Assembly: GCA_964019425.1 (NCBI GenBank)
Contig: OZ025785.1
Coordinates: 186,001 to 250,000, forward strand
Length of the DNA stretch: 64,000 nucleotides
Direction: 5' to 3'
From: Flectonema sp. DT1601
Lineage: Eukaryota
In this document: positions 11,186 to 20,634 of the stretch, piece after piece
Layout: each line of letters opens with the position of its first letter
How positions within the stretch are numbered: position 1 is the stretch's first letter
The notes under the pieces: generated by a model
The model's input: only the letters and a program-made list of their open reading frames with translations
Told to the model about the DNA's origin: nothing
Databases searched by the model: none
Made by a program: the position numbers and the translations under genes

Positions 11186-11964
11186 TTGATCTTTATCTCT
11201 CTTCACTTCACTCGCTCAACTCACTCAACTCACCCTCCTCCTCTTCCACTTCTCTTACCGATCCTTTATTGTTACTGAAGAAATGTGAAGATTTAATTAA
11301 TCGTTTTTGAGTCGAATATAATTTTTAATTAACTCTCAATTCTGAGAGCTACCTGAAAGTTAGTCAACTTGATTTCATTATAATTAGTTGGCAGTGTTTT
11401 CACAAAACGAGTATTCATTTGGTACACAAAAGGTTTGTTAATGTTATTTTAGATATCTGATGTATTTATTGCAAGACATCAATTAAATAAAAAAGTTAGG
11501 TTCTCAGGATAAAAAGGTCAGGCTTTGAATTCCAAAATTGGAGGCGAATATGCCGAGAGAGAGAGAGAAAGAGAAAAAAAACTCTCTCACACACAAAAGC
11601 CTTGCAAAACTACTAATTCATGTGGGTCATAATTTTATTATTTGATATATAGGTAGTTTGTTAAAAAAAGGAGAGTTTGAGGTTTCTTTTTTTAATATTG
11701 TATCAAGAAAAGTTAACTAAAAAATAAAACTATTAGTTATGATACACGTTGACTAAAGGTAATGTTAGTATCGGTAAACACTCTGCATGTGACGTAAAGA
11801 CTTCACACTATAATTATAATGCAAGGTCCCTACGTTAGAGGAGGAGGGGGGATGTATGTTCGATTTTGTAAAAATTACAACTGTGTTGTATCATAAAAAC
11901 ATAAAGATAATTTAACATTAGTTTTAAATACAGTGACTAAGGGTGATGCGCAACTTAGCCTTTT

Positions 11965-12102
11965 AAAGTAACTATTAGGTTTCGAGAGTAATCCATATAC
12001 CCTCTTACCTCTATTCTCTCTCATCAGTATGGTGTAGAAGTAAGTCAATCAAATGTTGAGACTGAGTCATTCCAGTTTGCAGGACTGGAATGTAGTTACT
12101 TT
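11965..12102 (-). ncRNA. Predicted rearranged hammerhead ribozyme, family A copy 1
   Basis: CCATA CTGATGA GAGAG..TAGAGGTAAG AGGGTA^TATGG ATTA CTCTC GAAACCT; predicted cut between 11998 and 11997. Confidence 0.7.
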
Positions 12103-12571
12103 AAGTTTCACGTTCATAATAAAAAAAACATATTATTTACTGTTACTAGTTCGTAAAAAGGAAGGGGGTTGAGGAATATCAAAAGAAACTTATATAAAAA
12201 AACCCCCCATTCACCCTCTACAACAATAATCTACTAAAGATAAATTGATTATAATGATGTTTTGTTAGATATGTAAAGGATGTTAACGGCTACTGGTCGA
12301 TGTTGAAAAAAGGAAGAAAAAGGAGATCAAATTAAAATAATTCAAAAGAAGAAGAAGAGAAGAGAAGGAAATCATCACAAGACAATCAGTTAAAATTAAC
12401 TGGGGTTGGTATTTATTTTTTTAAAAAAAACTGATCGCTGTTGTACAACATTACAAAACTTCCTTCCTCCACAGTACTTCCACGTCCATTGAAAACATGT
12501 GGACAGGAGCTGGGAGTTCGGATGGCCTTCAGTCTTTCAGTGTCGGGGTATTCAACATTCGAAATAAAATA

Positions 12572-13667
12572 CCGTAATTATAAATATCATGGTGAAAAAA
12601 AAGTCTCCAAATCTCCAAAAAATGGCCAAATCCACCATCTTTATTATATCCAAAGTTTTTTTAGTACAATCATTCACAGAAAACACTTAGCAAAATTCGG
12701 ATTCCAGAAAAAAAAAATTTTTTTGACCTTTTTTTTTTTGACTTTCTAATACTAATTATCGACATTTTGAACTGGCTAAAGTTCTACAGGCTGGTCTTAT
12801 GTACCAACCTGGTGGGGGCTTGATAACTATGTCTTGAATGTTGAGGTTGCTTCCAGATACATATCAGGACAACATATCCACAAATAACGTTGTCAGTTGC
12901 ACACCAGTCTTAATGAATGACGTCAAAATTCCTAAAAGCAGCAAGGAGTGCAGCTTTGGTAGTGCTGGTGATGCAGTCCAGACGAGGCCAACTACAACTA
13001 AGGAGTTCCCTTCTCCAATCGTTGTAATAGCCAGTAGCCAGTGTGACCCCACCGTGGTATGAGGTGCGGTATTAAGAAACATGAACTCATGTTCACAACT
13101 ACTCCTTTTGGACCCTTCCCTTTCGCAGCGCGCTTTAAAGTTTCTATTAGCTTTTTGCTTTGATTTTTTCAACTTTTCCTCCCGCTTGCGCATCTGCTCT
13201 GTCATCCACTCTGCAAGAAAGCTTGATGCTTCTTTGAAGTTGGCCATGACAGTTAGATCCAGCGGCCGGAGATGAGAAGTCCATCCGCCTTGTACCAGTA
13301 TAACCGTGATATTGGCTTCTTCAAATCGACGAAGGGCTTCCTCAGTTATCTGCCCCTAAACTGAAGTCAACTTCCCATAGCAGCGAGACGTTTGTGCTCT
13401 TTTACCCGCTGCTCTTTCTTTATCAACCCAGCTCCACCTTGCTTACTGACGTCTTCAGGGGTTCAAAAGGATCCCGTTTTTTCGAAAATTTGTGCATAGT
13501 GTGAAAAATTTCATACTCAAAAAACTACCATTTTACAGTCAAAATGTGTACTTTCATACTTTTTTATAAAAATCCACCAAGTTTTTTTCCGAGAATCCAC
13601 CATCTTTTTTATATCCAAAGTTGTTATACTCCAATTTTTTTATACACCGTGATATTTATAATTACAG
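12572..13667. mobile_element. Non-autonomous Tc1/mariner (pogo-like) TIR element, 1096 bp, TA target duplication
   Basis: 23-bp TIRs CCGTAATTATAAATATCATGGTG / CACCGTGATATTTATAATTACAG (2 mismatches), flanked by TA; the empty site GAAATAAAATATTT is seen in other spacer copies (e.g. 25661). Confidence 0.9.
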
Positions 13668-14290
13668 TATTTAAAAAAAAAAAAAACTAAAATAAAAAAC
13701 ACACACTCAATTATTTGGTAATCAGCAAAATACTGAAAACAAATACCACCGCTGACCAGCTTCAATGGGTGCCAAAAATCCCACAGGTACGGACTTGATG
13801 GGAAAAAACTCCCCTCACCAGTCAGTAACTTGTATCGTATGTTTTCGTATCTTTGCTCACATTAGTTTGGTACACAAAAGGTTTCTAAAACTCTGTTGTG
13901 TATTCGCAAGAATGGTTAGGGAAGGAAATAAAAAGTTTTTCAAAAAAAAAAAAAAAAAAAAAAAATTGAACTTCAAGAATTCGCACAAAGAGGATTATTT
14001 CATTAGTTCACTCAAAGAAAGATGAAATAAACAAAACCCCCACGACAAAGGATAGGACGGAGTTCAGTCATATTTACTTCGAAATCATTCACACTTAACT
14101 TTTGGGGTTATCTCGGGGAGAGGGAAAAACAACTAAAGCAACGGGCAAGGTTGTGGGTGTTTTCTGTTTACACTTTCTTCTATTCGTAGTATTTTTTATT
14201 CTTTTTTTTTTTTTTTTCATTTCACACTAGTCTTCAGAAAAGGATACTTTTTAGTGTTTTGTCCATCAGAACCATTACACGGAATTGTAT

Positions 14291-17200
14291 TCAGAGAGGA
14301 TTGCCTTGTCCCTTATAATCCTTATGCAGGTGGGGATACTTTGTTTTTGCAGAAGAGTAATTGATATTTTCATTTACAGTTGCTTCTAATTTCGCACAAT
14401 TAAGTTTCAAGGGACCGAATCTAAAAGTGTTCTCAATGAGTTCTGTTCCTGTGAAGTACACACAGCCAATGGGTTTATATCCTATTCCTTCTTCCCAGCT
14501 GCTTATGTCTTCATGTTCATAAAAAGTTGTGTTAAAAACGACGAAATATCGGATCCCGTTCCTTCTAAGAAACTCGACACACTCCGATTTAAGGATTCTT
14601 TTTTTGACGTCCTTCCACTTCTTAGGCGACGGCATAAATTTGTCCTGCATGAGAGCCACCAATAGATCATCCCCACAGTAAAACGGAACAATACGTTCAA
14701 CTCCCTTTTCGGTTTGCTTCTCTGATGCGACAGTGTAACCGTCCTCCAAGTATTCCAGAATAGTCTCGTCGTGATCCTCATTATATTGTGTATTGCTCGT
14801 AGCAGTGGCTTTAGCGAGCCCTTCATCTTCTGATTTCCCCAGGTTCTTGACATTCTTCACTAACGATGTCTCCGTCTCCAGTATATTTATTTTGAGTTTC
14901 TTTGTTTTAAAACTCTCATCACTGGTGGATCCCTCCTCAATGCTCTTGAACATTGCCCCTGCAAAAAATTCCTTCACCGTAACTTCCTTTCCATTTCCCA
15001 CAAGAATCTTTCTAATACACTCAAAGTTCATTGTTACGGTTTCCATGTTCTTCTCTTGTCCTGGAACACATAAGACGTCACCCTCGTAAGCATCTCGTAG
15101 ATGATTCTTTAGTAACTTAATGAGATTATTATTACCATTGATGTCATCATTGTTGTCATCATTAGCCCACAGTCTTAACAACTGAGGTGCCAAATACTGT
15201 AGGCCGTCTGCATCCTGAATTAATCCCTTCTCCTTCCAAGCCTTCCAAAGTTTTAAATCATCACCTGACACGCTACCAGTGAACCAACGACATACATTCT
15301 TATAATTGAGGAAGTTATTTATTATATTTAACTTTACTCTCGAGTATGACTCCTTAATCTTATAACTAAAAACACTTTCAGAATCATTCGTGTCGAGTAA
15401 TGAGAGGAGTCCCGGGTTACCTCCACACGACAGAAATGATTGCCAAAGAGACTTCGATTCACGAATGACTTTCATCTTTTCATCAGCAATCGCAAGGATC
15501 GAATTTTCCGGACTGAGATTGCACAACGGAATACAAAAAATGGATCTATCTGTCTTCAAATAGTTAGAGTCGAGTCCTGTGAAGACGAACATGACAGGCT
15601 TGTTGGGGTTCTCTTTCTTCCTTGAGTTATTTTGAATGGTCATGAGTTCAGAGATAAGGGATCGCACATTTCCTTTCTGTCCATCGTGTGGGATGAGATC
15701 ATCGACGAAGATGATCAAACCTTTACATTCCTTGAGATCGAATAGCTGTTCTATTATCTCTTTCAGGGGAGGTGGAGACTGAGCAGTTTCCTTACTTATC
15801 CCATTGGAAGACAGCAGTTGGGTAGTAAACTGTTCGATTTGTTCATCTTTATCATTAGACAGTTTGACTGGATCAGAATAAGTGACGACAACAGAAATGA
15901 ATTCTTTACTAACCTCAGCTGACATGTTTTTAATGAATGTTGTCTTCCCAGCCCCAGGGATACCAATCGCTGCCAGAAGGTTGGATTGCTCCTCAACTCC
16001 AGCATTAAAGAAGTCTTTTTTATATTTATTAAATACTTCGATGCTCTTTTCACGCCCAAGAAATGGTTTAAATGGTCCCTTGATTCCAATATTTGAATTC
16101 CCAGTCTCTTCCAATTCGATGCAGTCTCTTAATTTATTGATATTTACTAAAAGTTTGTCACTTGAATTTTCTTTTTTAAATCTTCCGATATGTGTTATAA
16201 TTCGGATGGTATCATTTACTAATATCCACATGCTCATTGGTAATTCCTTCTCTTCTATTGTTCTGATGCACCCGATGATTTCATTTGATAATTCGTTGTT
16301 GATTCTAGATCGATCTTCATTTAAGTACGATTCACAGGTAGCGATGCTTTCGATGGTACTTTCCAATGATTTGTCGATCTCAAAGTCCTCCTTATTTATT
16401 AATTTGCGGATGTAATCTTCTACTTTCTTGACGATTTCTGTGGGTTTAATAGAACTTTTTCCTAACCAGCCGATGATCTTTTCTAAACTTTTGATTTTAT
16501 CTCTGACCTTTAAGCTCTCTTCTAAGTTTGTAATGTTTGCTTTCAATTCTTCAATTTTTGCTTTCTTAGAATCGCCTTCTAATTCTTTGATGGTATCTCT
16601 ACATATCTCGTAGCTCATTGGTAATTCCACGGGGCTGCTTACTATTTGTTTGATACACTTGTTCAATTCAGTAATGATATTACTTAATATTAATTGATCC
16701 TTCCAGTCATTGGGGAGGTCTTTGAGGATCTCTTTAAAAGTTTCGTTATTTCCGTTTCCGATTTCTTTGTCTTTTAAGCTCTCTTCTAAGTTTGTAATGT
16801 TTACTTTCAATTCTTCAATTTTTGCTTTCTTAGAATCGCCTTCTGATTTTTTGATGTCCATTAAAATCCTGATGATATCCTTAAATATCTCGTAGCTCTT
16901 TGGTAATTCCACGGGGCTGCTTACTATTTCTTCGATGCACTTGTTCAATCTCAGATTGATTTTACTTAATATTAATTGATCCTTCCAGTCATTGGGGAGG
17001 TCTTTGAGGATCTTTTTAAAAGTTTCGTTATTTCCATTTCCGATATATCCTTTGCTTTTTAAGATCTCTTTTAAGTCTTTTAAGTTTGTAATGTTTGCTT
17101 CCTCCAAGTCAAGGTCCTCGACGATCTTTTTAAGAGTGTCGTCATTTAATTTTCCGAAAATCTTTTTGACTCTTAAGCTCCCTTCTAATTTATGTAGCTC

Positions 17201-17989
17201 TGCTTCCAAAACACTAATTTTTATTTCCATAAGAGGGCAGCCTACTAAAGGCTGGACGGTTTTCTTGAATAGCTCATCACTATTTGGTAATTCCATGGGG
17301 CTATTTTCTATTTCGACGATGCAATTCTCCAATTTGCGAAAGCTCTTTTTTGTTAGTGACTGATTCTTCAAGTCATTGATGTACTGTTTAAGATTAGGGA
17401 TGTCATTCGTGGTTTCCAGTTCACTGATGACATTTTGAAAAGACTTGTTCTTTTTCAAGTCCTTTATGCTATTTCTTGACTCCTCGATGATGTTAACCTT
17501 TTTATCATCTGGTAAGATATCATTAAAATTAATATTAATCTTCATCCATGGAAATTCTCCTATCGTCGCTGGAGTATATGTCTGCTTAAAGTACAGGAAT
17601 TCTTTATTACTTTCGAGTAACTTCACCTTTTCCCCCGAAGATTCAACACATCCGGTATTACCATCATTCGATTCGCTGCATGGGATGGAAGTAAACTTCT
17701 CCTGGTCTTTTTCCAGCTTCTTCTTCTTCTCATCGATCTGTTTCTTACATACCAGGAGACATCCTAACGTTACTTTTTTAGACTTTTCATCCTTATCAGC
17801 CTGACTTGTCGCAGATTCGTTACTTATTAACTCTACAATGTCCTCAATAGTTTTGTGTTCTTCATTACCTTCGGATGATTGTTTTTCAATTACTCCGTTG
17901 ATTTCATTAAATGCCTTCTGTAGTTTCTTAATTTCCTTTTCGATAAAGGATTCCTTCTCAGAAGATGTTTCAGGCAAGACTCCAGACAT
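14291..17989 (-). CDS. Crinkler/RHS-like NTPase-nuclease protein, array copy 1 (1232 aa)
   Basis: Walker A GIPGAGKT, Walker B IIFVDD, sensor strand MFVFTG, STAND-like GGNP, C-terminal EKGVERIVP...LMQDK (PD-(D/E)XK-like). Confidence 0.85.
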   Translation of the reverse strand: MSGVLPETSSEKESFIEKEIKKLQKAFNEINGVIEKQSSEGNEEHKTIEDIVELISNESATSQADKDEKSKKVTLGCLLVCKKQIDEKKKKLEKDQEKFTSIPCSESNDGNTGCVESSGEKVKLLESNKEFLYFKQTYTPATIGEFPWMKININFNDILPDDKKVNIIEESRNSIKDLKKNKSFQNVISELETTNDIPNLKQYINDLKNQSLTKKSFRKLENCIVEIENSPMELPNSDELFKKTVQPLVGCPLMEIKISVLEAELHKLEGSLRVKKIFGKLNDDTLKKIVEDLDLEEANITNLKDLKEILKSKGYIGNGNNETFKKILKDLPNDWKDQLILSKINLRLNKCIEEIVSSPVELPKSYEIFKDIIRILMDIKKSEGDSKKAKIEELKVNITNLEESLKDKEIGNGNNETFKEILKDLPNDWKDQLILSNIITELNKCIKQIVSSPVELPMSYEICRDTIKELEGDSKKAKIEELKANITNLEESLKVRDKIKSLEKIIGWLGKSSIKPTEIVKKVEDYIRKLINKEDFEIDKSLESTIESIATCESYLNEDRSRINNELSNEIIGCIRTIEEKELPMSMWILVNDTIRIITHIGRFKKENSSDKLLVNINKLRDCIELEETGNSNIGIKGPFKPFLGREKSIEVFNKYKKDFFNAGVEEQSNLLAAIGIPGAGKTTFIKNMSAEVSKEFISVVVTYSDPVKLSNDKDEQIEQFTTQLLSSNGISKETAQSPPPLKEIIEQLFDLKECKGLIIFVDDLIPHDGQKGNVRSLISELMTIQNNSRKKENPNKPVMFVFTGLDSNYLKTDRSIFCIPLCNLSPENSILAIADEKMKVIRESKSLWQSFLSCGGNPGLLSLLDTNDSESVFSYKIKESYSRVKLNIINNFLNYKNVCRWFTGSVSGDDLKLWKAWKEKGLIQDADGLQYLAPQLLRLWANDDNNDDINGNNNLIKLLKNHLRDAYEGDVLCVPGQEKNMETVTMNFECIRKILVGNGKEVTVKEFFAGAMFKSIEEGSTSDESFKTKKLKINILETETSLVKNVKNLGKSEDEGLAKATATSNTQYNEDHDETILEYLEDGYTVASEKQTEKGVERIVPFYCGDDLLVALMQDKFMPSPKKWKDVKKRILKSECVEFLRRNGIRYFVVFNTTFYEHEDISSWEEGIGYKPIGCVYFTGTELIENTFRFGPLKLNCAKLEATVNENINYSSAKTKYPHLHKDYKGQGNPL

Positions 17990-20111
17990 TGTTATATTTT
18001 ATTAGGTTACTTGTTATTGTAATCAAACTTTGAGGAATTCTTAAATTGCATAAAAACTGAAACACTGTTTTATCAACTCCGAGTTGCTTAAGTGAGAACA
18101 GTTGGTGCGTTCACTCTCACAACTCTTCAGGTTACTTTCTTTTATTTGTCCCTGATGAAGATTTTAGACAGAGTGGGTATTGCTGAAAGATAAGTGTAAT
18201 AATAATATTAATGTATTCATAGGAAACTCACTCACTCAACTCACCCTCCTCCTCTTCCACTTCTCTTACCGATCCTTTATTGTTACTGAAGAAATGTGAA
18301 GATTTAATTAATCGTTTTTGAGTCGAATATAATTTTTAATTAACTCTCAATTCTGAGAGCTACCTGAAAGTTAGTCAACTTGATTTCATAATAATTAGTT
18401 GGCAGTGTTTTCACAAAACGAGTATTCATTTGGTACACAAAAGGTTTGTTAATGTTATTTTAGATATCTGATGTATTTATTGCAAGACATCAATTAAATA
18501 AAAAGTTAGGTTTTCAGGATAAAAAGGTCAGGCTTTGAATTCCAAAATTGGAGGCGAATATGCCGAGAGAGAGAGAGAAAGAGAAAAAAACTCTCTTACA
18601 CACAAAAACCTTGCAAAACTACTAATTCATGTGGGTCATAATTTTATTATTTGATATATAGGTAGTTTGTTAAAAAAAGGAGAGTTTGAGGTTTTTTTTT
18701 TTTTTAATATTGTATCAAAAAAAGTTAACTAAAAAATAAAACTATTAGTTATGATACACGTTGACTAAAGGTAATGTTAGTATCGGTAAACACTCTGCAT
18801 GTGACGTAAAGACTTCACACTATAATTATAATGCAAGGTCCCTACGTTAAAGGAGGAGGGGGGTAATTTGATACGATACGAAAAGATTTATCTGGGAAGA
18901 ATACTGCAGGTCTTTGCACAAAAGAATAAAAGTACTGTCACCATGAAACAGGAGGGGGTTGAGGAATATCAAAAAGAATTATTCAAAAAAAAACCCATTC
19001 ACCCTCTACAACAATAATCTACTAAAGATAAATTGATTATAATGATGTTTTGTTAGATATGTAAAGGATGTTAACGGCTACTGGTCGATGTTGAAAAAAG
19101 TAAGAAAAAGGAGATCAAATTAAAATAATTCAAAAGAAGAAGAAGAGAAGAGAAGGAAATCATCACAAGACAATCAGTTAAAATTAACTGGGGTCGGTAT
19201 TTATTTTTTTTAAAAAAAACTGATCGTTGTTGTACAACATTACAAAACTTCCTTCCTCCACAGTACTTCCACGTCCATTGAAAACATGTGGACAGGAGCA
19301 GGGAGTTCGGATGGCCTTCAGTCTTTCAGTGTCGGGGTATTCAACATTCGGAATAAAGTATTTAAAAAAAAAAAAAAAAACTAAAATAAAATAAAATAAA
19401 AAACACTCAATTATTTGGTAATCAGCAAAATACTGAAAACAAATACCACCGCTGACCAGCTTCAAAGGGTGCCAAAAATCCCACAGGTACGGACTTGATG
19501 GGAAAAAACTCCCCTCACCAGTCAGTAACTTGTATCGTATGTTTTCGTATCTTTGCTCACATTAGTTTGGTACACAAAAGGTTTCTAAAACTCTGTTGTG
19601 TATTCGCAAGAATGGTTAGGGAAGGAAATAAAAAGTTTTTCAAAAAAAAAAAAAGGAAAAGGAAAAGAATTGAACTTCAAGAATTCGCACAAAGAGGATT
19701 ATTTCATTAGTTCACTCAAAGAAAGATGAAATAAACAAAACCCCCACGACAAAGGATAGGACGGAGTTCAGTCATATTTACTTCGAAATCATTCACACTT
19801 AACTTTTGGGGTTATCTCGGGGAGAGGGAAAAACAACTAAAGCAACGGGCAAGGTTATGGGTGTTTTCTGTTTACACTTTCTTCTATTCGTAGTATTTTT
19901 TATTCTTTTTTTTTTTTTCATTTCACACTCAAAATTGAAATCCCTCGAGTTGACATAATTTGTGTCACCAATTCGACGGGACATTATTATCATCGCAGTG
20001 AGACGACTGTTTTTACTTCACAACAATCTTTTTAATGAACAGATAGAAATGATTTGAGATCCAGAGGAGGGATGTCTTCAGACGAGTACATCACAGCGTG
20101 ATATTCGTAGC

Positions 20112-20634
20112 CTACCAGAAGGGAATCGCGAAGTAGTAGTCTTTCAGTGAGTAGTCACCAAGAATGTCTTTTATTGTGTTATAATTGGATATGTCTTTGA
20201 CAGTATCGTAACCTTTATATTCCTCATCACTTCCAATAAAGAGGAAAAAATGTGTACGTGATCCTCTATGTGAAACTATAAGAAATGGTATACGTTTAAG
20301 GTTCTGTTTTGAGACCTTGAGTAAGATATCTTGTAGATCTTCATCTGTAGTTACATGTGTAGACTCGAGGTTCAGGTAGATCCGAAGTGTTTCATAAATG
20401 ACAAGTTGATGGAACCATCCATCTTCTTCGAATTTGAACATCTTTAAAAACTTCTATTTCCTTCAAACCATCCGTGTTAAGTACTGTCTGATAGAGTTGA
20501 CGTTGAATTAGAAACATTTTTGATATCTCAATTCTCTTCTCCTTAAGATGGTCAGCTATAAAGTTAATAACAGCCCATCCACACTCACCTCCACTTAGAC
20601 CTTCACCTGAAGTTTTATGAAGAGTTGTTGGGAA
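20112..20634 (-). pseudogene. Disrupted Josephin/papain-like cysteine protease tail of copy 2
   Basis: In frame after the TGA: FPTTLHKTSGEGLSGGECGWAVINFIADHL; after a +1 shift: DGWFHQLVIYETL...THFFLF...YDT (candidate Cys/His/Asp triad). Confidence 0.65.

Larger units (their letters stand above)
11207..14228. repeat. Conserved intergenic spacer of the gene array, copy 1 (other copies about 17990-20110, 24082-26432, 30159-32278, 36228-38578, 42305-44424, partial 49592-50000)
   Basis: Near-identical blocks such as CTCTTACCGATCCTTTATTGTTACTGAAG and CCACAGGTACGGACTTGATGGG recur between the array genes. Confidence 0.95.

Noticed and set aside
11418..13884. 19-bp direct repeat TTTGGTACACAAAAGGTTT as a target-site duplication
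   Set aside because: Degenerate similarity extends well beyond it, indicating an older internal duplication in the spacer.
13765..14025. Small ORFs recurring in every spacer (MGKNSPHQ..., ...CSCPHVFNG...)
   Set aside because: Their ends shift with homopolymer length between copies; recurrence reflects DNA duplication, not coding constraint.
18150..18195. Plus-strand CTGATGA...CTGAAA in each gene leader as a hammerhead or C/D snoRNA
   Set aside because: No convincing stems II or III, antisense to local transcription, and the guide match to SSU rRNA is imperfect.
20112..20441. Stand-alone immunity/antitoxin gene downstream of the NTPase-nuclease genes
   Set aside because: It is the frameshifted second half of the protease-like tail and is deleted after copies 1, 3 and 5.
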